Assembly: GCA_018268995.1 (NCBI GenBank)
Contig: JAFDVL010000102.1
Coordinates: 21,696 to 85,695, forward strand
Direction of reading: 5' to 3'
Source: Acidobacteriota bacterium
Lineage (GTDB): Bacteria; Acidobacteriota; Blastocatellia; RBC074
DNA: 64,000 bases
The position numbers and the translations under genes were made by a program. Numbering within the stretch: the stretch's first letter is position 1; the number at the start of each line of letters is the position of its first letter. The notes under the pieces were generated by a model. It did no database searches. It saw only the letters and a list, made by a program, of their open reading frames with translations, and was not told where the DNA came from. Shown here one piece after another: positions 20,392 to 30,401 of this stretch.

Positions 20392-23025
20392 TCAGAAACT
20401 AAACCGTATTCCAGTTTCCATTCTTCGCCCCGGCATCGCGGCAATAGCTTGCCCAAAAAACGGCGATGTTTGCACACCGATAAAGTTCGTCAGGTTCGCT
20501 TTATTCAAAACGTTCGATGCCTGCACATAAAATTCCGTTTTGAATCGCTTGCTGGCTAGACTCATCCCTGCACCGGGCATCGAACTCAGCATATCGTCAC
20601 CGCCACCACGGATAATCCGAACCTGCATTGGGCCACCAGCTTGTTCCTTCGGCTTACCAAAGCCAAAAGCCCAGCTTAAACGTGTCCCCAAGTTGAACTG
20701 GCTGGCACCGCGAGCACTGTTACGAGCAAAGCCGAGGGGGCGGTCATTGATGACAGCATCACCGTTGTTATCAAACCCGGTCGTGATGTTGTACGGCATA
20801 GCAGAAAGGTAATTAAAGGTCGTACCGATCCGCAGCATTTTGTACAACGGAAAGCTCGCCATCCCGAACACCATATGCCGAATATCATTCAAGGCAGCCC
20901 CACGTTCCGCGCGTAGATCATAACTATTCATCGGCAAACTAAACGGGCTATCGGATTCATTCGTCGTCTTGGACAAGCGATAGTTAATACCAAAGTGAAT
21001 TGCCTTAGGAATGCTGCTCCAGTTCAAGTTCAGCATCAGTGCATGACCTTGCGAATTCGCTATCGAAGCAACCTGCGTAATGTTGCCTTGCGTAGGAAAC
21101 GGACGCCCAAGACCCGGAATCGGTTGGTTAATATTTACCCCACGCAATTGATGCAGCCCCCGTGTAAAAGAATAGTTCGTCATAAAGCGGACACCACGCG
21201 GAAGCTCGCGCTCAACTCCAATCGAAGATTGAATGATGTACGGCATTTGCAGATTGCTTTGTTGTTGAATCACGCTGGGGGGCAAGGTGCTGGCGGTTCC
21301 GCCCGAAAACGGGTCGGGGTAGCCGGGGTTTCGGACAATCAAATCCGTTTGCCGTTGCCCATTGACACGCAAAATCTGTTCATAAGTTGCAGAACCAAAC
21401 CAATCGTAAAAAATCCCACCGCCGCCGCGAATCGTCGTCTTTCCATTTTTGAATGGCGACCAGGCGAAGCCTGCGCGTGGCGCAAAATTGTGCTTATCGC
21501 CCAAATTGGTTTGGAATTCGTGGCGCAGACCAAAGCTCAGCGTGAAGCTTTTATGTAAGCGCCAGTCGTCCTGGGCATACCAACCCACCTGATACTGATT
21601 CAACGACACAGCAGGCGAACCGCTCCGCTGCGTGTATTGCAATGGGCGATTCGCCAGAAAATCGGCGAGGCTGGCAAACGTAAAGGTGCCACTTGTATTG
21701 CGCAATTCACTGCTGCGGTAACGCCCGACTTCAAATTGGACGCCCGTGCGTACCAGGTGCTTTTTGAAAATGGAGATGTCCAGATTGTCGCTCAACTCAA
21801 TCTCACGCAGGTTACGATTGCTGGTGAGTTGCGCGCCTCCGCGCGTAAAAGCATCCAGCACGACAATGGTCTGAGCATTGGAAAGCGAGCTGATGCCAAC
21901 CTCGCGCCACGTCGTTTGAAAGCGCAATTCATTGAATAGTTTTTTGCCCAACGCGCCCGAATCAGACAACCGGAAAATATGTTCCATGCTATCGCTGCTG
22001 TACGCACGGTCGGATAAATCAAAATTGCCCACACCAAGATTTTCCTGACGATTGGCATTGCGTTGATACTCACCGCGCAAAGTATGGGTTTTATTGAGGG
22101 CGTGTTCGATACGAGTTTGCAGGTTCAGGCGACGTGACGGGCGGCGAATCAAATCGGCAAAGTTGCCCGTTGGAAAGGCAGCCACAATCGTTTTCGTGTC
22201 ATAGGAATTCATGCCATCTACGGAACCCGACAGCGACGTATGATTCTTCCAAAGCGGGCCGCTGAAATCCATCCCATAGCGCCGATCCTGTTCGGCACCA
22301 CGAAACGGGGCAAAGGCATTGCGCGCATTCAATGACTCATCGCGAAAGCCAAAATTCACGCTCCCGTGCCATTGGTTAACGCCGGGTTTGGTATAAATGT
22401 CTACGCTGATGAAACCCGCTTCATGGTTTTCGGCAGCCCATTGATTTGTGCGGAACCGAATCTCACGAATCTGCGATTTCGGCGGCAACTTTCCACCTCC
22501 AAAGCCATTGACACGAAAGCGCGCACCGGGGCCAGCCATATTGCGAATGATGTTTTCAAATTCATCAGGATCGTCGGGCAACATGGCCAATTGCTCTTCT
22601 GTCAGGACAGAACTAAACCCATCACCACGCGGGTCTGTATTGGCTTCCTGCTTATCTTGTGAAATCTGAATTTCATCTTTGACATTCGCCACAGGCAAAG
22701 TCACAGCAAGCGTATTTACACCAGCATTAACCGTGACCGCCTCCAAGACCTGTGCCTCAAAGCCTTCTGCATTGACCTTCACTCGGTAAACACCTGGCGA
22801 TAATTTACTAAACCGCGCTTCGCCGTAACGGTTGGAGTCAGTGGTTTTCGCTTTCAGGCCAGTTGCTTCAATCACAACCACTGCATTGCGAATGGCAGCA
22901 CCAAGCGCGTCGGAAACAGTGATCTTCAAAGTGGCATCATTGTTGGCGGACTGTGCCAAACAAAGGCTCAGCATCAAGACGCACCACAGGCAGACAAGCA
23001 TGAATTGTCGAGGGTAAGGATTCAT
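20392..23025 (-). CDS. TonB-dependent receptor-like outer-membrane β-barrel with an N-terminal carboxypeptidase-regulatory-like domain.
   Basis: Signal peptide, then an N-terminal CarbopepD_reg-like domain (GVYRVKVNAEGF) and a long β-strand-rich region. The C-terminus ends in ...GIRFSF, the aromatic terminal residue typical of OMPs. Length is 877 aa. Confidence 0.7.
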   Translation of the reverse strand: MNPYPRQFMLVCLWCVLMLSLCLAQSANNDATLKITVSDALGAAIRNAVVVIEATGLKAKTTDSNRYGEARFSKLSPGVYRVKVNAEGFEAQVLEAVTVNAGVNTLAVTLPVANVKDEIQISQDKQEANTDPRGDGFSSVLTEEQLAMLPDDPDEFENIIRNMAGPGARFRVNGFGGGKLPPKSQIREIRFRTNQWAAENHEAGFISVDIYTKPGVNQWHGSVNFGFRDESLNARNAFAPFRGAEQDRRYGMDFSGPLWKNHTSLSGSVDGMNSYDTKTIVAAFPTGNFADLIRRPSRRLNLQTRIEHALNKTHTLRGEYQRNANRQENLGVGNFDLSDRAYSSDSMEHIFRLSDSGALGKKLFNELRFQTTWREVGISSLSNAQTIVVLDAFTRGGAQLTSNRNLREIELSDNLDISIFKKHLVRTGVQFEVGRYRSSELRNTSGTFTFASLADFLANRPLQYTQRSGSPAVSLNQYQVGWYAQDDWRLHKSFTLSFGLRHEFQTNLGDKHNFAPRAGFAWSPFKNGKTTIRGGGGIFYDWFGSATYEQILRVNGQRQTDLIVRNPGYPDPFSGGTASTLPPSVIQQQSNLQMPYIIQSSIGVERELPRGVRFMTNYSFTRGLHQLRGVNINQPIPGLGRPFPTQGNITQVASIANSQGHALMLNLNWSSIPKAIHFGINYRLSKTTNESDSPFSLPMNSYDLRAERGAALNDIRHMVFGMASFPLYKMLRIGTTFNYLSAMPYNITTGFDNNGDAVINDRPLGFARNSARGASQFNLGTRLSWAFGFGKPKEQAGGPMQVRIIRGGGDDMLSSMPGAGMSLASKRFKTEFYVQASNVLNKANLTNFIGVQTSPFFGQAIAAMPGRRMETGIRFSF

Positions 23026-23133
23026 ATTATTTGGTGATCATGAAAGCCACGTCTCAGGCATCAGGAAGACGACTACGAAAATTGTCTGTGTTTTCCTGAT
23101 GCCTCAAGGTTTGAGTGCTTCTATCGAGCGAGT

Positions 23134-24072
23134 CTATTTTTTCTCGAATTTTTCAGCTTTTAAGGCAGGGTTAATTTTGAATTTCGTCAACTGCCATTCT
23201 TCTGAGATTTGCCCGTCAATCGTGCGGGAAACACGATGGGGCAAGGTGACTCCACCTTCAGAACGATAATCTTCAAATCGAAGCTGAATCTCCACCATCG
23301 GTTCAGAGGCAGCCTGTGCCTGCGATTTTTCGCGCGCATCCTTCATTTCTTTTTCGAGTTCTTCAGGCGATTTCTTTTTCACATCTTCATGCGAAATCTG
23401 CCGAGTGATCATTGCTACACGTGGTTTTCGTCCTTGATAACTCAGCATCAACGGACGATGTGTTTTCTGATCCAGGAATAATTGTGCAGTTAGCCCGATG
23501 GATTTGCTTTTGACATCCAGGACATCCGCCAGACCATCCGGCGCTTCGGCTTCTCCGGCATAACTGCATTCCAGTGAAACCGAGGAAGGGGCAATCGCGA
23601 GAACCCCTAATAATAGGCGCGTCCAATCCTGTCGAATAAATGTTTGCTGAGCTTTCTGTTGATCGGCTGAAGCATTAGGGCCATTCACGCCCATCCGAAA
23701 CACTACATTGCCACCCGCAGGAGCACTGTTTTGGGTGTCCATCCAGGCATTTTCGCCATTGACTGCTTCAATGCGCGTGATCTCGACGCCAGCAATGGGA
23801 CTCATCACTGATGATTTGAGGAACTTATCGGGCAACATCATTTCCAGTTCGATGTCACCGCCCATTTCACGATCCCCCATGATTTGGCGATACGTCCCAG
23901 CCATCGAGAGAGATTTCACCTTGTCACTGCCAATCGCGCTACGGGCCTGCGTCAGCAATTCCTGTGCGCGTACCGTCTTTGCCGCATCGTCCTGATCCAC
24001 CAGCTCTGTAGGAAGGCTGAATGAAATGAATGAGGTCAATACTGAAATTAAAACTACGATCAATTTCGTCAT
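23134..24072 (-). CDS. Hypothetical membrane-anchored or secreted protein.
   Basis: Start taken at MTKLIVVLISVLTSFISFSL (TM/signal; ATG at 24070-24072). I recognise no family. Confidence 0.45.
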   Translation of the reverse strand: MTKLIVVLISVLTSFISFSLPTELVDQDDAAKTVRAQELLTQARSAIGSDKVKSLSMAGTYRQIMGDREMGGDIELEMMLPDKFLKSSVMSPIAGVEITRIEAVNGENAWMDTQNSAPAGGNVVFRMGVNGPNASADQQKAQQTFIRQDWTRLLLGVLAIAPSSVSLECSYAGEAEAPDGLADVLDVKSKSIGLTAQLFLDQKTHRPLMLSYQGRKPRVAMITRQISHEDVKKKSPEELEKEMKDAREKSQAQAASEPMVEIQLRFEDYRSEGGVTLPHRVSRTIDGQISEEWQLTKFKINPALKAEKFEKK

Positions 24073-24208
24073 GCAAGAATCTCCTTTCGCATGACTCTTG
24101 TTGTCAACCCAAAGAGAAGTTCCATTATTTGCCAAAGAATTTGCGGGCGGACTTGTCGCAAGGCCCAACAACAGGTATTTTCGGCGCAAATCAATTGAGG
24201 AGATTCAT

Positions 24209-25174
24209 ATGAGTATTGTTCGCTGGGGATTAATTGGCTGCGGAGACATCTCACAAAAACGCGTTGCGCCTGCCTTACGGGATTTACCCGATGTAGATTT
24301 TGTCGCCGTCAATCGCGCGCGCGCCGAATTAGCCGAAGAATTTGCGCGCAAGTTTGGAGCGCGCAAGTGGTACGCAAACTGGCAGGAATTACTGGCTGAT
24401 CCTGAGATAGATGCCGTGTACATTGCGACGCCTGTACATTTGCACGCGGAGCAAACAATTGCCGCTGCCGAAGCCGGCAAACACGTGTTATGTGAAAAGC
24501 CAATGGCCTTGAATGTTGAAGAATGTGATCGAATGATCGCCGCCTGTCAGGCCAATGGCGTCAAGCTTGGCATTGCCTATTATCGCCACTTTTACCCGGT
24601 TATCGCCCGTATTAAAGAACTCATCGCGGCTGAAGAAATTGGCCAGCCGGTACTGGCGCAAATCAATGCCTTCGAGTGGAACGACATGCAGCCCAGTGAT
24701 CCGCGTTATTGGTTTCTGACCAAAGCCAAATCCGGCGGTGGCCCGATGATGGATTTTGGTTGTCATCGAATCGAAGTGTTAATAAATATTTTCGGGCCGA
24801 TCAACCGAGTGCAGGCATTCACGGACGCGCTTTTGTTTACGCGCGAAGTCGAAGATTCAAGCGGTGCGTTTTTCAAATTTGAGGATGGAGCGCGTGCGAC
24901 CCTAACCGTGACGCATGCGGCATTTGAAAGCCAGGATACTTTGGATATTTTTGGGTCCAAAGGTTCTTTGCATGTCTCCGTCCTGAATCGCGGAGACCTC
25001 ATTATCAAAACTGCCAGCGGAGATCGTACAGAATCGCATCCACCGCACAGTAACATTCAACTACCTTCGATTAAGGATTTCACACAGGCGATTCTTGAGA
25101 ACCGTGAACCGCAGGTGGATGGAATCGTCGGGCGAGAAGTTGCACGTGTGGAGGAAGAGATTTATAAGGCTTAA
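24209..25174 (+). CDS. Gfo/Idh/MocA family NAD(P)-dependent oxidoreductase.
   Basis: The N-terminus VRWGLIGCGDISQKRVAPAL is a Rossmann fold, followed by EKPMALNVEECDRM. A GAGGAG RBS precedes the ATG at 24209. Confidence 0.8.
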   Translation: MSIVRWGLIGCGDISQKRVAPALRDLPDVDFVAVNRARAELAEEFARKFGARKWYANWQELLADPEIDAVYIATPVHLHAEQTIAAAEAGKHVLCEKPMALNVEECDRMIAACQANGVKLGIAYYRHFYPVIARIKELIAAEEIGQPVLAQINAFEWNDMQPSDPRYWFLTKAKSGGGPMMDFGCHRIEVLINIFGPINRVQAFTDALLFTREVEDSSGAFFKFEDGARATLTVTHAAFESQDTLDIFGSKGSLHVSVLNRGDLIIKTASGDRTESHPPHSNIQLPSIKDFTQAILENREPQVDGIVGREVARVEEEIYKA

Positions 25175-25215
25175 TTATATGAACAAGTTTCGTTTTGAAG
25201 TCATCGGCGGAGCAA

Positions 25216-25272
25216 CAAACAGGATGTTTGTCGTACATTTTCTTGCAACAGGTATCGCAAACATCTTGTTTG
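25216..25272. repeat. Paired palindromic hairpin motif, copy 2 (CAAACAGGATGTTTG ... CAAACATCTTGTTTG).
   Basis: Motif A lies at 25216-25230 and motif B at 25258-25272, an offset of 42 nt. This is the same architecture as copy 1 at 3794-3851. It also lies in a convergent 3' intergenic region. Confidence 0.5.
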
Positions 25273-25311
25273 CGCCCTCAATGGATTTCGTCAGAACACC
25301 ACGCAAATAGC

Positions 25312-26529
25312 TTAGTTTTCTGCCTTCCCTGTTCGTACATTCCACCTTACTTTGCGATCCTGCTTAAAAGCCAGATTGCCGATGTGCGCCGCATTGGCAC
25401 AATCTACGGCGACACGAATATCCGCATTTGGCTTCTTGCGGCTTTTCACGCAATCCAGGAAGTTGCGAACATGATCAATCGTTCCGTCACGCCTGGATCG
25501 AATCATGATTTCGGGTTCCACTTCTCCGAGCTTGCCAATCAGCTCACCGCCTTCGGGGTAAATTGCCAGGCGCGAGCGATCTAATTTCATGGTGCCTCTG
25601 GTGCCACGAATTTCCAACCCGCCATCGTCAATGCTGGAAGCCATCATCCCGTGATAGGTCACGCTGAAATTTTTCGGATAATCCAGCACACAGGTAATCG
25701 TATCGGGGCATTCCCAATCCAAAACGTAGCGGTTGCCATTTGTCATCGCGGTCATCGGCACGGGCGAACCTGTGAACCAATGCACCACGTCAATCCAGTG
25801 CGACATCAAATCGGTCAATGCGCCACCACCGAAATCCCAGAACCAACGCCAGCGTGCGAATTTATTCACCGTGACTTCCTGTTGCGGCGCATTGCCCAGC
25901 CACGCTTTTGTATCAAGTTTCGCAACATCAAACTTTTTGGGCAGAGCTGAAATCGCGTAGTTCTGAAACCACCACGCTCGGACGAATGTGACCTGCCCAA
26001 TTTTGCCGGAATCAACCAGTTGCTTGCCAAGAATAAAATGTTCCCAGCTTCGCTGTTGCGTCCCGGTTTGCACTACCTGCCCTGAAGACTCAACCGTCCG
26101 AATTAATTCTGCCCCTTCCTCCAGCGAATGCGTGACAGGCTTTTCGACGTAGACATCTTTGCCTGCTTTGACACTGTCCATTGTCATCCTGGCGTGCCAA
26201 TGATCCGGGCTGCCAATCAATATAGCGTCAATGCTCTTGTCATCCAGCAGCGCACGATAATCACGAAGTTGCTTCGCATTCGGAGCGACTTCAGCCGCTT
26301 GTAATAAATTTGGTTCGTAGACATCGCAAATCGCCACGATTTCTGTATCCGGTTCAGCTTTGCTGTTCCCCATCAGTGACTTTCGGCAACGCCCTCCTGT
26401 TCCCATAGCACCCAGCCGAATGCGTTCGTTCGCGCCCAACACATTGCGATAAGAAAGCGCTGAGGATGCGACAATCCCCGAAGCCGAGGTTTGCAAAAAA
26501 CCTCGACGCGTCAATGTTTGTTTTTTCAT
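25312..26529 (-). CDS. Gfo/Idh/MocA family oxidoreductase with twin-arginine signal (periplasmic).
   Basis: MKKQTLTRRGFLQTSASGIVASSALS is a TAT signal. GANERIRLGAMGTGGR is a Rossmann fold. EKPVTHSLEEG is the family motif. Confidence 0.8.
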   Translation of the reverse strand: MKKQTLTRRGFLQTSASGIVASSALSYRNVLGANERIRLGAMGTGGRCRKSLMGNSKAEPDTEIVAICDVYEPNLLQAAEVAPNAKQLRDYRALLDDKSIDAILIGSPDHWHARMTMDSVKAGKDVYVEKPVTHSLEEGAELIRTVESSGQVVQTGTQQRSWEHFILGKQLVDSGKIGQVTFVRAWWFQNYAISALPKKFDVAKLDTKAWLGNAPQQEVTVNKFARWRWFWDFGGGALTDLMSHWIDVVHWFTGSPVPMTAMTNGNRYVLDWECPDTITCVLDYPKNFSVTYHGMMASSIDDGGLEIRGTRGTMKLDRSRLAIYPEGGELIGKLGEVEPEIMIRSRRDGTIDHVRNFLDCVKSRKKPNADIRVAVDCANAAHIGNLAFKQDRKVRWNVRTGKAEN

Positions 26530-26541
26530 ATTTTTTGCTGC

Positions 26542-27456
26542 TTACAAGAGCGGCTTTCGTGCGATCAGGAAAGCCGATGCCGTCGTTAAATCCGATTCCG
26601 ATAAATGCTGAAATCGGGCGTTTAGTTCATCTCGTGTCAGACCAGATTTCCCTTTGATGGTATACATCCCTTTGAGTTCAAACCCTGATTCCGCCAGCAA
26701 TGCCTGATGCGTCGAAAGAGGTGCGCGGTTGATAAAGTACATTCGCTTGCCCTTCATCAAACGCCACATCCAATCGGGAACTGACCAATGTCCATTCCAT
26801 TCGCTGCTGGTGCCGTGCGAGGAAAAATCTATGCTATGAGTCATGTAACCACCGGGCCGCAAACACTTCCACATCAGGGCATACATTTCGCGTAAATCAT
26901 CAACGTGTTCCAGCACAGAATGCGATAAGAGATAATCTACAGAATTTGCTTCTAACGTTGTTGCGTCGTTGAGATAAGAAAGAAGATCATTCTGTTCTCG
27001 CAGTGCAAACCGAATCCGTTCCAGCCATTCCGGCGAAAGAAAATACGACATTCGCTCAGCAGCAAATAATTCAGCCGGAAAAGCCTTTGTCGGGAAGTTT
27101 GGGTCTGATACGACGAAGGGTGCTTTCCGCTGAAAATAACTCGCAAGCTCGGCGACCAGATGCGATTCAGTTCCCGGTGGTAATACGGGATTCGCATCAA
27201 AGGCGACATATTTCTGAACACCTGAGAGCAACGCGGCGATGCCAACGCCAAGCGATTTTCCGGGGCCAATTTCCAGGACGGATTCTGGGGAATCCCAGGA
27301 TTTGAAGTAGTTCGCAATGCACACGTGGCTCATCCAGACGCTGTAATAATATGCGGCATCCACTTGCGGATAATTACGGCACCGCATTGCATCAGCGACG
27401 GAAGGAACAAAGAGCGTGGTTAAGCCACCCAGAAATGGTTTGATGCGAATCTTCAT
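26542..27456 (-). CDS. Class I SAM-dependent methyltransferase.
   Basis: SAM motif VLEIGPGKSLGVGIAALL...VAFDANP. The start is taken at MKIRIK (27454-27456) to avoid overlap with the DoxX gene. Confidence 0.6.
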   Translation of the reverse strand: MKIRIKPFLGGLTTLFVPSVADAMRCRNYPQVDAAYYYSVWMSHVCIANYFKSWDSPESVLEIGPGKSLGVGIAALLSGVQKYVAFDANPVLPPGTESHLVAELASYFQRKAPFVVSDPNFPTKAFPAELFAAERMSYFLSPEWLERIRFALREQNDLLSYLNDATTLEANSVDYLLSHSVLEHVDDLREMYALMWKCLRPGGYMTHSIDFSSHGTSSEWNGHWSVPDWMWRLMKGKRMYFINRAPLSTHQALLAESGFELKGMYTIKGKSGLTRDELNARFQHLSESDLTTASAFLIARKPLL

Positions 27457-27535
27457 ACGCTTTTCCGGCAAAAACCCTGAAAGAAAGAGAGCGCCAATGC
27501 ATTCCTCTTTCCAGGAATCCCAGCCCGGAAAATCA

Positions 27536-27958
27536 TTAAAGTCGCAGATTCGCGTCCACTGACAATTTGCCACCACCCAAATAAATCAAGGTAATCGCGA
27601 TACTCAGCAACGCCAATGGAAATTCCATTCCCCCCTGATTGGCAAAGAACGCGTGACGATGAACGCCAAAAATCGCGGTGATCATGACTCCAGCAATGGC
27701 CAATGCACCGAGCCGCGTAAAAAGCCCCAGCAACACTAAAACTCCGCCCAACAGTTCAGCGAACGCTGCGGCTCCCATCCAGAACCACGAAGGCCATAAA
27801 CCTAAGGGAGCGGGGGCACTGAGAAAAGCACTAAGACCGCGTCCACCAAAGGCACCAAAAACTTTTTGTGCCCCGTGGGCAATAAAGATAACGCCCAGCG
27901 CCAACCGCAGCGGAACAGTCGCCCAGGTTTTATGCGTCGAGGTGATTCGTCGGAGCAT
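27536..27958 (-). CDS. DoxX family membrane protein.
   Basis: 140 aa with four TM helices. The DoxX-like N-terminus is LRLALGVIFIAHGAQKVFG. Confidence 0.75.
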   Translation of the reverse strand: MLRRITSTHKTWATVPLRLALGVIFIAHGAQKVFGAFGGRGLSAFLSAPAPLGLWPSWFWMGAAAFAELLGGVLVLLGLFTRLGALAIAGVMITAIFGVHRHAFFANQGGMEFPLALLSIAITLIYLGGGKLSVDANLRL

Positions 27959-28127
27959 GTCGAAATCCTTTCTTTTTCGGTGTAGGAATATTTTTTGATG
28001 ATTTCAGCGAAAATCTAGCATCCAACTATCCCCTTTGCAATGTTGCAATCTATGCGCACAGGCAGTAGTTTTAGCGCAAGCTGTTTTCCCAAAAGCTTAC
28101 TTACCACATTTTAGGAGGAAGAAAATC

Positions 28128-28973
28128 GTGCTTACACGTCGTAACTTTTTACAATCGGCCACTGTTGCCGCTGCGGGCGGTGCATTGCTGACACTACCCG
28201 AAACGTCTTTCGCCAAGCAGAAAATCAAAGCCCCCGGCATCCAGCTTTATACGGTGCGCGCGGAAATGGCCAAGGATTTTGAGGGAACCCTGAAAGCAGT
28301 CGCAGCCCTTGGTTATAAGGAATTTGAATTTGCAGGCTACAACAATAAATCGCCGCAGGAAGTCAAAACATTACTTGGCAACCTTGGCGTCACCGCACCG
28401 TCAGCCCATTTCGCCCTGGCGGAGTTTGATAAAAACATCAACAAAACCATTGATATTGCCAAAGGCGTTGGCCACAGCATCTTGATTTGCCCATTCCTGA
28501 TGCCAGATCAGCGCAAGACGCTAGATGATTATCGCAAGGTCGCGGCCATTTTGAATAAAGCCGGGGAGGCGTGCAAAAAGGCAGGCATTACCTTTGGCTA
28601 TCACAACCACGATTTCGAGTTCAAAGAAGTTGAGGGCAAATTGCCAATGGATTTGCTCTTGGCAGAATGCGATAAGAATCTGGTAAAAATCGAATTGGAT
28701 TTGGGCTGGATGACCTATGCAGGCAAAGACCCGGTGGAGTATTTCACTAAGCATCCCGGACGTTTCATCAATTTCCACGTCAAAGACATGAATCCGAGTA
28801 CCAAGGAAATCACCGTCGAACTCGGTCGCGGCAATGTGGATTTCAAACGTATTTTTGCCAAGAGCAAGCTGGCTGGCGTGAAGCATTATTTCGTCGAACA
28901 GGATCGCTCAACCATGTCACCGCTCGAAAGCATCAAGATCAGCATGGAGTACCTGAAAAACCTGGAGTTTTAA
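28128..28973 (+). CDS. Sugar phosphate isomerase/epimerase (xylose-isomerase-like TIM barrel) with TAT signal.
   Basis: GTG start at 28128, preceded by an AGGAGG RBS. The TAT signal is LTRRNFLQSATVAAAGGALL. The TIM-barrel AP-endonuclease-2 type motifs GYHNHDFEF and HVKD are present. Confidence 0.7.
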   Translation: MLTRRNFLQSATVAAAGGALLTLPETSFAKQKIKAPGIQLYTVRAEMAKDFEGTLKAVAALGYKEFEFAGYNNKSPQEVKTLLGNLGVTAPSAHFALAEFDKNINKTIDIAKGVGHSILICPFLMPDQRKTLDDYRKVAAILNKAGEACKKAGITFGYHNHDFEFKEVEGKLPMDLLLAECDKNLVKIELDLGWMTYAGKDPVEYFTKHPGRFINFHVKDMNPSTKEITVELGRGNVDFKRIFAKSKLAGVKHYFVEQDRSTMSPLESIKISMEYLKNLEF

Positions 28974-29001
28974 GTCCTCCCGTAAAATAGCGATTACGAG
29001 G

Positions 29002-29024
29002 CACTGCGGAAATACGAAACAAGC
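29002..29024 (+). promoter_or_regulatory. Shared 20-mer CACTGCGGAAATACGAAACAAGC, copy 1, 76 nt upstream of the 29100 gene.
   Basis: A near-identical sequence (CACTGGAAATACGAAACAAATC) occurs at 30229-30250 upstream of the next gene. The candidate function is promoter or operator. It could instead be a flanking direct repeat. Confidence 0.3.
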
Positions 29025-29099
29025 AAGCGCGATTTTGAGCTGAGAGTTTTTCTGTTTTGTTATTGCCTGCTTCGTAATCGCCAACTCACCTTTCAAACT

Positions 29100-30089
29100 A
29101 TGCGGTATATTCTTCTTCTTTCCCTCTTCCTCACGATAACAATAAACGCCCTGGCACAGGCAGGACAGCAATGGATCACCAATGCCTCCGGCGTCCGTGC
29201 CAGATCAACGTCAGCCACAACTGGGGAGGAAGTTGTCCGCTTGCCAATCGGCACGGTGCTGAAACAATTGGATAATGAACAACGTGCGGGCCAGGTGAAT
29301 AACAAAGGAGATTACTGGTATCACTTCGCCTTGCCCAACGGAAAAGATGGATGGGTGTTTGGCGCTTTCATCACGCGGTTTGATGAGAACAAGCGAGGTG
29401 AGATTTACAAAACCATTGCTGCAACCAAGGTCAAAGCAGAGGAAGCAAGCTTTGCTGAATACGCAGATTTATTACGATTCCTCACAGCGGCAATCCCCGA
29501 AGTCACAGACCGCGCAACACTCGCCGAATTGGAATTGTGGCGCTGGGTCGCGCTGCAAAAAGCCTTTGAGAAAATCCCAGTGGATAAGCTGCAACAAGCC
29601 GAATATCAGCGCTTCATCAAGACTCATCAGGCCAATGCCGTTTACAGCGAACCGGGTGGAATCTGGTTGGTAAAGGCGGATTTACTTTGGAATTTGCAAA
29701 AGAAAAATGCTGACCTGCCAATAGCGGATACGATTGCCTGGGAGGCGGCAAATCTGCCTTTGCCTGGGGAATGCGAGGGCGATGATACGTGTTACACCAT
29801 GTACCTCAATCAGACCAAAGCCAAATATCTGCAACTTCATCCCAATGGTAAACACGTAAATGAAGCGCTGGACACGCTTTTGGAAGCCTATCAGGGGATT
29901 AACGAACAGATGAAAAATGTGGCCACGCCAAAAGGCAACTCCAAAGAGGATCAGCAAATTCGCAAAGACGCCCTGGCAGCGATCACGAAAATGCGTACCA
30001 ACCTTGCACAGGTCTCTCATCCCAAAAAGACAAAGCTGATGCAGTTACTGGCACAGTACGAGAAAAATTATCTCCCGGCCAAAAAGTAA
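29100..30089 (+). CDS. Secreted protein with an N-terminal bacterial SH3-like domain; function unknown.
   Basis: Signal peptide MRYILLLSLFLTITINALAQA. The SH3b-like segment is GVRARSTSATTGEEVVRLPIGTVL...GDYWYHFALPNGKDGWVFGAFI. Confidence 0.55.
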   Translation: MRYILLLSLFLTITINALAQAGQQWITNASGVRARSTSATTGEEVVRLPIGTVLKQLDNEQRAGQVNNKGDYWYHFALPNGKDGWVFGAFITRFDENKRGEIYKTIAATKVKAEEASFAEYADLLRFLTAAIPEVTDRATLAELELWRWVALQKAFEKIPVDKLQQAEYQRFIKTHQANAVYSEPGGIWLVKADLLWNLQKKNADLPIADTIAWEAANLPLPGECEGDDTCYTMYLNQTKAKYLQLHPNGKHVNEALDTLLEAYQGINEQMKNVATPKGNSKEDQQIRKDALAAITKMRTNLAQVSHPKKTKLMQLLAQYEKNYLPAKK

Positions 30090-30228
30090 CCTTACCCACA
30101 ACTTGCCATAAATTCTGCTTGAAGCCCGGAGGTTGTGCAGCCCCGTGTTTTTTTCTACCTGACCATCTTGTTCTCGGCCAACAAGATAAAATTTGTTCAA
30201 GTTGAAAATTGAATTTCCCCGTATAAAA

Positions 30229-30250
30229 CACTGGAAATACGAAACAAATC
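30229..30250 (+). promoter_or_regulatory. Shared 20-mer CACTGGAAATACGAAACAAATC, copy 2.
   Basis: See copy 1 at 29002-29024. Confidence 0.3.
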
Positions 30251-30401
30251 GCCTTGTGTCATAGGCGGAAGCAAAAAAACTGGAACAGACTTGGTACGAA
30301 ATTGATGCAAAGCTTCCTCGCATGAATTACCCCGGAAAAGATTAACAAGACGATTGCACCTCGCTCCCCTCGCAATTGTCGTCAGCCGAAGTAAAAAAAT
30401 T

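Noticed and set aside
25195-25584. 129-aa plus ORF starting just after the Gfo/Idh/MocA gene.
   Set aside because: It overlaps the 3' end of the minus-strand TAT oxidoreductase gene and contains the palindromic repeat. It is likely non-coding.
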